A stretch of 62,881 bases of DNA, counting the filler. It is 11 parts of 11 records of this genome, joined end to end, with 100 filler letters (N's around TTAATTAATTAA, not from the genome) between each part and the next. Parts side by side here need not be neighbours in the genome. Positions count along the whole stretch, not along the records: positions 20,716 to 26,160 come from SRR15195285_4794; positions 26,261 to 39,692 come from SRR15195285_4797; 9 more parts are not named here. One strand, 5' to 3'. The notes under the pieces are model-generated. The model saw nothing but the letters and a program-made list of their open reading frames with translations, was not told the origin of the DNA and searched no databases. The position numbers and the translations under genes are program-made. Shown in pieces: positions 21,598 through 32,500 of this stretch; within the stretch, counting starts at the first letter, position 1, and every line of letters starts with the position of its first letter.

Positions 21598-24500
21598 TCA
21601 CGTTGTCCGTAGACCATCCAGTGCAGCCTGCAAAGCAGCGTGCGCACGAGCGCGAGCTAATTGCACTCGCGCGTGCACATGCACTAATGCCGGGACCCCA
21701 TTTTCAGCGGCGGCCGCCGCAGCACCTACTGCAGTGCTTGCAACGTTGTTGATCAGCTGCTCGGCTGAAGCTAAAACTGCAGCGCCGCGATCCACTGGCT
21801 GACGATCGCCCAGCAACACGACTGCTTCGGTTGCAAGATTCCACCAGAACCACCGCTGGTGCTCATCAGACCATGCTAACCCCCAGCCAATTGGCGGAAG
21901 CGGGACTGATTCGGTGACATCGGCATCTACGATATCGTTTCCGTGATTCGGTGCGTGCCATGTCGTTATATCAGCCTCTTCATGCCGGTAGTACCAACGT
22001 TCGTACACCTGATGCCACAACACTGACCAGCCTGCAGGTGCCGACGGTTGCGACTCGTGATCCAGTTCTAACGTTGCACGTGGCTCAACGTGCGACTCAG
22101 AAGTGCTCTCCTGAGGTACACGGGGTGGCGGATGTAACCTCCCAAAGTGCAAACATATCGGTCGGAAGGTGTTCATCGTGTTGATGAGAGCAGACAACGG
22201 AATGGGCCCACCCACATTCAGCTCGAAATGCTGGCCATCCTCTGTCGAATATACAACACGTTCTAGCCACAAGCCAGGCTCAATGCATTTCTCTGCCGCG
22301 GAAGACTCAGTTTTGACAGAATCGACCTTGAGCATGAGATTCTCAACATCAGGGCCGGCAGAGCACCACACAAGCCCAAGTGGCCCAGGGAACTGGAAGC
22401 TGAAGCGCAGGTGTCCCGAATCTTCGTCTGGCATCTTCGGAACCGCACGGCGATAGGCGCAGCACATGTCCTCGATTGGTGGCGACACTGTGTCGACTGT
22501 TTCTGCACTAGCTACGGTGGACGACCCCACCATTTCTGCAGGGGTTGCTGCCTGCCCGACTGATGCCTCGGAGAGTTGATCACTCGCACAAAACGAATCC
22601 ACTGCAGCAGGCAAGGCAGTGGCAGCAGCCGGTGCTGCTTCTGTCGAATCTGCCACAGTACCAGCTTGCAATTGTGATGAATTTTTGTCGTCTGCACGGT
22701 CAGATCGACCAGCCACGCTCGGCTCAGTGGCATTGGATACCGTTGGAGAATCCCACTGGACCTTGCGAGTGGCAATGCACCAGTAGTACCACTGGCGCCG
22801 TTTGTGATCCCAGTTGACATCCCAGCCCGACGGAATATCCGATGGGCGGCTTGGTGCGGCGACTGCTGATACTGTGGCTGCACCACCGGTAGTTTTAGCA
22901 CTAGCCCTACTATCGATGAAGTCCTGCACTGGTCTGCTGATAGTCCTGATCGTGTCTATCGCCGGCTTGGCACTAACCTTGTCCGTCAGCTCTTTTTTCG
23001 CAGGCTGGTTCTTTGGCTTTTTCTTCTTCGATGGGATGGGTTCACGGCTGCCAGCTGCTGCAGCTGGCTTTCTGTTTGTATCATCACCCGAGCCTTCGTC
23101 TGACCCGTAATCATCATCCGTGATGGCTACAAGCTGTTTTCTATCGCGCTTTCCTCGGCCAAGTTCCTGTGTCGAGTCTGCCTGCTGTGCTAAGTACCGC
23201 TCCTCGAGCAGTTTCTTCCAGAAAATTTGAGAACTCTCTTGGTCTGTTTCGTCGTCGGTGTGTTTCTCATCGGCATCTTCTGCTGGCTGTTCTTTGTTTT
23301 CCCAAGCACGTGCATCCTTTAGTGAATCCATGAGGGCTGTGGCTGCTGATTCACCGGCTTCGCCGCCAGCATCATCTTCAGCGCTAGCGCTACTTGATGA
23401 GATAGCGCTCCGATCAAGTAGCTGCCGCAACCCGTCTTTATCGTACAATAGAGAACCATCCGGGGTGCTGTCCGCCACTTCGCTAGGAAGAGCAACTGGT
23501 TGCGACTGTCCCGCTGCTTTATCGGCATCTTTGAATAAATCTTGAGTTCCATGCTGCAGCAAACGATTTAGTGCCGCGGGGTCACTCGCAATACCATCGT
23601 TTTTGGTCCCTGCAGGATCTTCGCCAAGGTTCTTGTCTTGCACAATCATCTTCTCAAGCCGCAGCTTCTTTTGCGACAGCTGCATTACCCGCTCTTCGAT
23701 AGTCCCACGGGTCGCTAGCCGATAGACCATTACATCCCGCCGCTGCCCAATCCTGTAAGCCCGAGCTAGTGCCTGTAAGTCCATGTGTGGGTTGAAATCC
23801 GAGTCGAAAATGATCACTGTGTCAGCAGTGGCCAGGTTGATACCCTGTCCGCCAGCTCGAGTCGAAAGCAAGAAGCAGAAAAGCGGCGAGTCAGGCTGAT
23901 TGAACCTCTCGATGAGCACTTGCCTTTCCGTGGCCGAGGTCGTCCCGTCAAGCCTGACAGATGGCATATCTGAGCCCTCGAGGTAGTCTTGCAGCAAGTC
24001 CAGAACACGCGTCATCTGGCTGAAGATTAACACACGGTGTCCGCTGGACTGCAGTTCTGGCAGCAGCTTATCGAGTAGAATGAATTTGCCTGATGACGAG
24101 ATCAACGACTGGTGCACCTGCTTCCTACAGGCGTCATCGTCCCCGGAGCCAAAGTCTGGCTCTGCATTCGGAAATAGGTAGGGGTGATTGCACGCTTTGC
24201 GGCATTCCATCGCTACGTTCATCAGCCGCCGCTTGGAACTTCCACTCAAGCCATGGTTGAGTAGCGCAAAGTTGCGCGTTAGTACCCATTGCAAATATGA
24301 CTTCTGCAGCGGAGACAGCCCACACCAGACCACGACCTCCTTTTTCGCTGGCATATCTAGGTGAACGTCCTGGAGTTTGCGGCGGAGAATATGAGGGGCC
24401 AAAATTTTTCGGATTGACTGCACTCGATCTGCTGAAAGGTCACCCTCCTCGAAATCTAGCGCATCCACATCCTCACGAACCTGGATGAACTGTAGAAGGC

Positions 24501-26049
24501 TTTTCAACTCAGACAAATTGTTCTGAAGAGGGGTGCCAGTGAGCAGAATGCGATGGTCCGTGTTCGCAGGAAAGAGTGCCGAGAATAGTGCAGAGGCCTG
24601 ACTCTTCAGTCTATTGTGGCCTTCGTCCACAATCAGACATTCCCAGTCAAACTTCATGATGTCAGACGAATCCCTCGTCACGAGCTCGTAGCTTGTGAGT
24701 AAAACGTCAAAATGTGGAGGCTTGTTCTTCGGAACAGAACCGAGCTCATACTTTCTGATAATTCTTCGAGCCTCTTGGTTCCCGAAATATGCTACTGTGT
24801 TCAGATGCGGCACCCAGAATGCCGCCTCGCGCTCCCAGTTGCCCAGAGTAGATAATGGTGCAACGACCAGGATGGGCCTGCAACTTTCGCCGAGCGTATC
24901 GTGCAAGTCGCAAATGGTTGCCATGGAAACAACGGTCTTCCCAAGACCCATCTCATCGGCTAAAATGATATTGTTGCCCTTGCTACGCGAAAACCTGATC
25001 CAGTTGAGAGCTTCTAACTGAAACGGGTAGAGCGAACCTCCAGCCATGCCAGCGGGCTGTTCTTGCAGCTCGATGAACTCAGGCTGCTTGGCGCTGCCCT
25101 TGCCTGTTTGCTTCTTCCTCTTCTTCTGGTGGCCGGCCCGAGGAGCTGGCGCGTCTGCTGCTGCTTTTCTGGACTCAAAATCCAATAGACTCTGCGCTCC
25201 AAGTCGAAGCGAGAAACGCTCCCAGGTGCAGTGAGAGTAGTCCAGCCCGGCCCACTTCACAAGGTATTCCGTGTGCTGGCCTTTGGGTTCGCCTCTACCA
25301 GGGTCCCCAGAGGCCTCGTTTCGTTTTGCGATTAGCCTCTGCACAGTTCTCCACGACAGCGGTACCGCGCCCTCGCCAACGGTGCTCGCGCCGGGCTCGT
25401 GTGGAGACTCCTCCTTTGGGCAGCGACGGTTGAAGTGCTGCATCTTCACCCTCGCCAGGGCATTCAGCATCGGCTCGGTGATCCAGGAATCGTGCCAGTG
25501 GCCTCTTTCGGACCACTGCACCAAGTACTCCCAGTCGCCACGGCTGGCAGTGGCGGCCACATCGTCCGTCGCCGCTGCAACAGCTGGACGCCGACGATCC
25601 AGTACGGCCTCGATCTTGCCGAGTGGCGATGGGTCAGCTTTTGAGGGGTCGACTTGGAAGTTAGCGCGTGTCTGCAGCAGCTTCTGCAGCTTCGGCGCCG
25701 GCACGTCCTCAGCCTGCCCATCTGTCGGGTAGAGTACCTGGTATGCTCCATCCGCCCATGAGGTGACGAGCCCGAAGAATATTCCCTCTTCCCGGAAATC
25801 CATCGCAACGGTGCGCCCAATGAGGGGACTCTCCGGTGGCGCCTCTAGCTCCCACGCGAACGCCGGCACAGCCGGCGGCATGCGAGCCAGCTCGGCGCGC
25901 CGCTGCTCCTCCCGCCTCAGCATCGCCTCCTCCTCCTCGCTGTCCCCCTCCTCCTCCTCCTCCCAGCTCTCCTCGCTCTCCTCATCGACGTACCGTGCCT
26001 GCTTCAACCCGCGCTCTGGCCGAGCGCTCTGCCCCTTGCGCTTCCGCAT
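21598..26049 (-). CDS. CHD-family (CHD3/PICKLE-like) SNF2 chromatin remodeller with tandem chromodomains and a C-terminal WW/PDZ-like region
   Basis: Chromodomains 'EYLVQWSERGHWHDSW' and 'EYLVKWAGLDYSHCTWE'. SNF2 motifs 'ILADEMGLGKT', 'DEGH', 'LLTGTPLQNN', 'HRVLIFSQM', 'LLSTRAGGQGINL' and 'RAYRIGQ'. 'LGRGKR' motif. Intronless. Alternative ATG at 26118. Confidence 0.92.
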   Translation of the reverse strand: MRKRKGQSARPERGLKQARYVDEESEESWEEEEEGDSEEEEAMLRREEQRRAELARMPPAVPAFAWELEAPPESPLIGRTVAMDFREEGIFFGLVTSWADGAYQVLYPTDGQAEDVPAPKLQKLLQTRANFQVDPSKADPSPLGKIEAVLDRRRPAVAAATDDVAATASRGDWEYLVQWSERGHWHDSWITEPMLNALARVKMQHFNRRCPKEESPHEPGASTVGEGAVPLSWRTVQRLIAKRNEASGDPGRGEPKGQHTEYLVKWAGLDYSHCTWERFSLRLGAQSLLDFESRKAAADAPAPRAGHQKKRKKQTGKGSAKQPEFIELQEQPAGMAGGSLYPFQLEALNWIRFSRSKGNNIILADEMGLGKTVVSMATICDLHDTLGESCRPILVVAPLSTLGNWEREAAFWVPHLNTVAYFGNQEARRIIRKYELGSVPKNKPPHFDVLLTSYELVTRDSSDIMKFDWECLIVDEGHNRLKSQASALFSALFPANTDHRILLTGTPLQNNLSELKSLLQFIQVREDVDALDFEEGDLSADRVQSIRKILAPHILRRKLQDVHLDMPAKKEVVVWCGLSPLQKSYLQWVLTRNFALLNHGLSGSSKRRLMNVAMECRKACNHPYLFPNAEPDFGSGDDDACRKQVHQSLISSSGKFILLDKLLPELQSSGHRVLIFSQMTRVLDLLQDYLEGSDMPSVRLDGTTSATERQVLIERFNQPDSPLFCFLLSTRAGGQGINLATADTVIIFDSDFNPHMDLQALARAYRIGQRRDVMVYRLATRGTIEERVMQLSQKKLRLEKMIVQDKNLGEDPAGTKNDGIASDPAALNRLLQHGTQDLFKDADKAAGQSQPVALPSEVADSTPDGSLLYDKDGLRQLLDRSAISSSSASAEDDAGGEAGESAATALMDSLKDARAWENKEQPAEDADEKHTDDETDQESSQIFWKKLLEERYLAQQADSTQELGRGKRDRKQLVAITDDDYGSDEGSGDDTNRKPAAAAGSREPIPSKKKKPKNQPAKKELTDKVSAKPAIDTIRTISRPVQDFIDSRASAKTTGGAATVSAVAAPSRPSDIPSGWDVNWDHKRRQWYYWCIATRKVQWDSPTVSNATEPSVAGRSDRADDKNSSQLQAGTVADSTEAAPAAATALPAAVDSFCASDQLSEASVGQAATPAEMVGSSTVASAETVDTVSPPIEDMCCAYRRAVPKMPDEDSGHLRFSFQFPGPLGLVWCSAGPDVENLMLKVDSVKTESSAAEKCIEPGLWLERVVYSTEDGQHFELNVGGPIPLSALINTMNTFRPICLHFGRLHPPPRVPQESTSESHVEPRATLELDHESQPSAPAGWSVLWHQVYERWYYRHEEADITTWHAPNHGNDIVDADVTESVPLPPIGWGLAWSDEHQRWFWWNLATEAVVLLGDRQPVDRGAAVLASAEQLINNVASTAVGAAAAAAENGVPALVHVHARVQLARARAHAALQAALDGLRTT

Positions 26050-26130
26050 CGTCGCCTCCTGTACCTGTAGCCGCCAGGGGGGTCCTCCAGCGTGGTTGCA
26101 GAATTTTCCCTGGGGCATAGATACAAGATA

Positions 26131-26160
26131 GAATGCAACATGGAATGCAACATGGAATGC
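26131..26160. repeat. 12-nt tandem repeat (GAATGCAACATG) x2.5, truncated by contig end
   Basis: gaatgcaacatg gaatgcaacatg gaatgc. Confidence 0.7.
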
Positions 26161-26260
26161 NNNNNNNNNNNNNNNNNNNNNNNNNNNNNNNNNNNNNNNN
26201 NNNNTTAATTAATTAANNNNNNNNNNNNNNNNNNNNNNNNNNNNNNNNNNNNNNNNNNNN
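26161..26260. other. Artificial contig spacer
   Basis: 100 nt of N with TTAATTAATTAA. Confidence 0.98.
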
Positions 26261-26561
26261 CAATTACTCTACAATAAAGCCTTTTCAAGTCAAGTCAAGA
26301 TGTAAGAAATTCGGTGACATTTGTCTCAGGATGGCCGGAATGAGACAAAACTTGACTATTTTCCCAGTTGAGAAATGACAGCTGTTTTTTCTTTTTTTCA
26401 ATTTATCACAGTTCATTTCATGAACTGTGATACATCAGATTTAGAAAAGTGAGCGAGTATACGGGTCACGACGATGGGAGCAAGTGAGCATGACGAGAGT
26501 AGTGCAAGCGACGCTACTGTAGCAACGCACCCTGTGGTGGATTATTTCGCTCAATGGCTCA

Positions 26562-29500
26562 TTACACGCTACCCAGTGTACTCACTTTCGCGGGGTTTGT
26601 ATGAGCTGGCGTGGCGGGGCTGCGACTGCCTAGGACGCTTCGATCATATGACGCATCCCCGGTTGAAGAGCGTGAGGGAGATAGAGTATCATCTCCACGC
26701 TCCGCTGACAGAACTTCTGAATAGTCGCCCCTCGATGATAGTCGGGCATGGGCCGCGCTGTGACTATTACCCTCGCTATCGCTGTGACTGCGACTCGAGA
26801 CTAGCCTCCTTAGTCCACTCATCTGCACAATTGCACACCCACCACACACGCACACCATTAGGTGAATCAAACACGATGTGTGTGTGCGTGCGCGATGCAT
26901 ACGTGTGCGGAAGCCTGGGGGGAGGGGGCGCTCACAAGTCCCGCCTCTTCATCTTTGCTATCAGCCGCTTCATCTGTGCCGTCAACATCCGCAGGTTCGA
27001 GGGGCATCGATTCATCAAGGCTCCTCGTCTCTTCCCGACGCCGCACAAGCTCCTCGAGCGCAACGTCCAGTGGCTCCGCCGTGACTGCGGCACTGGCCTG
27101 TTGCCACCTTTCCTTCGGTGTCGGCGTCTTCGTATCGCCTGGAGGGGTTGTGGTAGTCTGCCCCGTGATGCAGTTCCAGTAGTAGACCTCGCCGTGCCAC
27201 ATGGTAGTGGTCCAACCCGGAGGCAGACTTGTAGCAACACCGGCTGCGCGATAGCTGGAGACAGTACTACCGGTACGAAGCTTGCTTATTTTGCGCGTCG
27301 CAGCCACTTTCTTCCATTGTGTCACCGTGGCCTCACTCATTGCGGCTGCTACCGAATTGTCCCACCTGCGTTCCTCCTCATCCGAGCCGTAGCTGTCCTC
27401 TGTGGCAGGCACACGGCCAAACTGCTGCAGGCTACGATCTGAACTGGCTGAACTTCCTGCTAGCCGCACCCTATCGGCATTGCCTCTTCCTCGGACCGTG
27501 ACAGCATCCTTGTCTAGTCCGTCCATTGGGTTCAGCAAAGCGGTCATGTGAAATAGCTCCCGTAGATCCTCTGGAGAAATTCTGGATTCCTTAACCGCTC
27601 CGTTGAGCAGCAATTTGCTGAGGTTGTGACGCTTGACAAAGCAGCGAGGCAGGTAGCGCAGCCCAAATGACGTTGGGATACAACAGCAGCAGCGGGTGCC
27701 TTGCAGCAGCTTGTTCATAATTGGCTTCCCGCAACCCATTTCCTGCTCTTCGTTCGGTGGGCGACCAGAGATACGCCACACCCGCTCGTCAATGCAAACC
27801 TCTCCGCAGCGCACCACGTATTGTGTAGCGTAAAACTCAAGGATGCACGAGACCAAAAGCAACCAAAACCCGAATCTGAATTCCATCGTGATGTGCATCA
27901 GCCCCGCGTCTGCGTCTGTTTCACTAATGATGTCCCAGCTCTGCAACATTCTAAGGAGGTCCATCGGTGCAATATTCTTCGGTACTAGGCTACCAGAGAG
28001 CATTCCCACCTCAAGAATTGATACCGCTAGCCCAAGAAGGAATACTGGCATCGCAGCCCAACCGTGCAAGACTTCGATCGCGAAGAAGGTCATCTTTTGT
28101 TGACGAAGTGTGAGTGGCATTACCCACAATACAAGTAAGCCAACTTGCTGCAAAAGGGGAATGACGATAGCGAAGATAAAGTAGCTGTATGCAAGCGCGT
28201 AGATTCCGATTCGAACTTCCTCCGTCTCATCAGCATCGGCCTGCTCCATAATTTGCAGGAAGCTGGTGTACACTGTGAATTGCTTTACAGAGGAGCCGGC
28301 GGTACCAAAATTCATTGCCGCGGCTCCCATGCCGTAGCAATTTACAGCAAAGGATTCGTAATAAAAGCCACCACATATCGTAAGCCCGATCGATGCTATC
28401 AGGAACAAAGAGACTAGTACCCGCCCCCCAATAGGGAACCACACTTCGTAATGCTCCAGGCTGAACACGTGACAGGACAGAGCCTCGGGTCTGTGGACTA
28501 AACTCTTTCGCACGCCTTCGACATCCGCTGTGCCAGTACTATACCATGAAATATCGCTACCCCTTGCATCCGGCTCTAACTGCGAGCCCCCATCTTCAAT
28601 GCTCGCGTCCAGTGCTGTGTAGACCTTCTTCTTGCGCCCCTTCCCAAGTATAGCATGGGCACGATCTCGTTGCTCATCTCGAGCTTGATGTGCTGCCACG
28701 AGTGCCTCGCTCTTCTCCTTCAGCAGGTTTGCTTTGTGCTCCTTCGCTAGTGCATTGCGATGGTAGTGAATCGCAAGATTGTTGACAATCAGCGACGAAA
28801 TCACCGCAATCGTGAACGCGAACAGCCCCCAAACTGCTGTGAGCTTCAGGTCTCCACTCCAGAGCTCCGGCGGCAGGACAGCGAGTCCAGGGTTGGCCAC
28901 ATTCACACGAAAGGCCAGCATGAAGAAGAGCATAACATATAGATCGATCAAGCTCCACTTTCCCAGAGCATCCAGTGTCATCAGCAATTGACCGCGCTTC
29001 TTAGGCCGGAGCTTCGAAGGTGGCAGCATCCAGCATGAGTAGATCAGGGTAAGTTTTGTGTAAGGCCAAACTCCGGACATCCCTCCTAGTAGGATGATGA
29101 GAGGCCACGGCGGGTTCGGACTCGCAAGCATATCTCTCAGCGTGTTTCCTAGTGACATTGTCACAATGCCATCAATCCGCACTTCCCGTCCAAAGAGTTT
29201 CAGCACTATGTCGACGCTGGCAGCAGTGTAAATGTGCCCCATCACAAACAAGCCGATATTGATCATCAGCACTATTGGCACATAGCATCTCACCCAGCAC
29301 GGAAGGTTTATGTTCCTCAGCAACGATCGGTGGCCTTGTCCAGTTCCACTGCCGTCTCCTTTGGTCGGAATCCGTGTCACCCGGTGGTGCTCCTCGTGCT
29401 GGGACGTCATGTCGCGAGCCTCCAGATTTCGTGCACGGCGAACACGACGCTTGCGTCCGCAGCACCAGGTTATGAAAAGACCAGACGCAATGCCGGCAAT

Positions 29501-32500
29501 GATCAGAACCTCACTACCAATTTCATTCTTTGTGGACTCCCACCACGCCACCGTCGTGTCGTCAATACGCACACATGGAATGATCTCTGTGTACTCTCCG
29601 TTTTGCTGGCACATCACTGTTCCAATCCGGTCGAAAATACGCCTCCCCTGCAGATGGTACAGCGACCGACACTTGTATTCGCACTCCTGACCGAGTCCAT
29701 TACATTTCGTGCTCTTGCGCGCCAGCTCATCGGCCCCACGTCGACTCCACGCGGCCAGAGACTCGTCGCCGTACGTACTGTCAGGGATGACCAGTTCTCT
29801 GCACCTTGTGATGTTCATTTCTTCTGAAGCCGACGTCCTGTGCACCATGCCTTTGCATGCATCATTGTCTGTCGTCGTCACCTCAAACTGTCCGAAGTGT
29901 TCAAGGTTTCCGTCCACAACTGCTGCACCTGTGTGCACTTCGGAAAGGCCTTGTTGCTTCCACAGCCACTGCCGCAAGAGGGAGCGCATGTGCTCATCAG
30001 AGTCACGCCTATCCTCGGCCGTATGCATTAAAGAGCCAGATGCATCATGCGCAACCTCGAAGTGCTCTGCGTACTTCTTGATAAACGCATTGACTATGTC
30101 TGTCAACTCTGCTAAGTTCACTACCGAAGTACTGCGGTTCTGCCAGTCCAGTAATTTCGGTGTACATTGCCTACACGTTATGTTAAGACCGACCTCGCCG
30201 ATCTCCATCTTGAGCAAGGTGGGAAGCATGTCCTCAACTATGCGGATCGAACAATCCTTGTTGAAAAAGTCTCTTAACTCCAAGGAACGCACTCGATCCC
30301 GTATTTGCAACACAAACTCCAAGGCTACTTCAATATTCTTGGCGCTGATGGCGATTGAAAAGTCGGTGTCGAGCCCGACTGGTGGCCATGCGAGCGAGTG
30401 AATCGAGTCTCTCATCCCGGATAAACCTATTTTAACATCCATCGATAATGTGACCGGCGAATCCACGAAGAGCTTCGCATAGTTTCCGATGGTGTACCAT
30501 CCAACAACGTCTAGCAGCTGCATATCATGCACTAAATGTGCAAGCCCTGTCGCCTGGACATTTGAGATCTCGATGATCATCTCCCCCAACACACCAATTT
30601 TGTCAGGAATAAGCTTTCCCGTCACGGACGAATTCTGTGGACGTTTAAAAAACTCGAAGAACATGTTAGGATCACTCGAGCAACTACGACCACAAGAATT
30701 CAAAAACATGTCGCGTGCATAGCCAACTCCAGTCGTGCCATTTGCCCACATCTCTGCCGAGCAACTCCGATTGTTGGGCTGGTAGAATGGATCATCGGGT
30801 TCTCCCCAGTTGCCCCAGCATAGCTCCAGATCTTTGACATCACAAGGTTTGTTGCACAGCTCGTCTCTAGTGTCCCGCCACGTTATTGTACTTGTACGTG
30901 CGTCAGTGAACATAGTTCGACGAGAGTTCTGGTTATGAATTTGCTCTGCGGTTCTGGTGTACTCCCATCGTTCATCAGCCATCAAAGCGTTGATTGTCTG
31001 CGGATGGACTGTCTCGTTAACGAAGCTCGAAAGCTCCCCCATAATGTTGATCATCTTGTCATAGAAAGGAATCTTGGCTTCCGCCGTTTCGAAATTGAAA
31101 AATGGGTTGAAAAAGTGAGGAGATTCAATGGGTGGAGGCTCGCACTCGCTCGCGAGTTCATCGAGCTGCTGCCTGATTAAGCCGTTGGCGATCTCTCGTA
31201 GATTGATATCCCCTTGAGCAGGCCCAAGGGCGAGGTCTGCGACCATTTTAATTACGGGTTGTGCGGCACAAATCGCTGGCCCAACAAGCCCTAGCATCAG
31301 GTGCTCCATTTTCCCAAAGTCCATATTCTTGTCCATCGTTGGGCTGATGAAGCTACCGATAGAGATGTTTGCCGCAGTGATCTCTAGTGAATGGATCGTC
31401 GATGCCAAACAGGTCAGCGAATCGTTGAATAATTGTCCCGCCTGGAGTGCATTCATCTTGTTTTCATCAATGGCAAGCAACGTTGCGATGCCAAAGTGAA
31501 CGTCCTTTGCGCCAGTTGTAATGATTACAGTATCGGTATCTGGAGCGTCGTCACTGATACATGTGTATGGAGCGGCAACCTTTTGCGTGACCACACTGAT
31601 GACGAGCTCAACTACGATCTCACCCATACTGATTTCATTCCACAGCGTGTAATTGATGTCAGTTCCAGCGCCCTCGGGACTGTCCAGGAGCTTGAGGATA
31701 CTTGCGTTTTTGACGGACTGGAGCGACTGAAGCCTTACACCAGTAAGCTCCCACCTCTCTCCAGATTCCTGCACCCAGCCATCCAGAAAGTGCACGGAAC
31801 TTCCAGGCCAGATTGGATCTTCTGGCACGTTTCTTGGCAATGATTGTGTCGAGTCTCGGAGCACCAACGGTCCTACCTCCACATAATATTCCCAACATGG
31901 AGGTTGCATGCACGTGCGTGCCTCGATTGTTTTGTTGATCAGCTCAACAAGTCCAGAGTTTAAGGCTTTCTGTGCCTGAGCGAGGCCGAACGCCACCAGA
32001 CCTGCTGCACCTGTCTTCAAACCATCAAAACTGCAACCGACATCTCCATCGCAACGCAGGTTCACCAATTTCAAATTTGGATCTCCACCTCGTTGCGGGT
32101 CCGTCTTAAAATCATTTTCATTGATGGCCGCATATGCTCTCGTCGAAACGCTAGAATCCGTTACCAACGGACCGAGGCTCAGAACGTGCTCTAGAATGGC
32201 ACTGGTATTTCCGCTGATTTCCTTGCATTCCTGATGTGGCAGGTTGAACCCAGTGCCACTCAGCACAGATCTAGCGATTGCATGTAAAATGTTGTTCAGA
32301 GAGACTCCAAGCTTAGAGCCGCTTCCTGGCTCGAGCAAACTCTTCTCGATCCTTTGAAGTGCACCACTCGCACAGGACAGGCAGTGAAGCTTCACGCCCA
32401 GCTCCTGCATTGGGTCAAGACCAAACTTCAACGCCAGCTCAAACAAATCAAAGTCTTGATCGCGCAGGACGTTTCGCCAACAGCCTTCGACGTTCAGATT

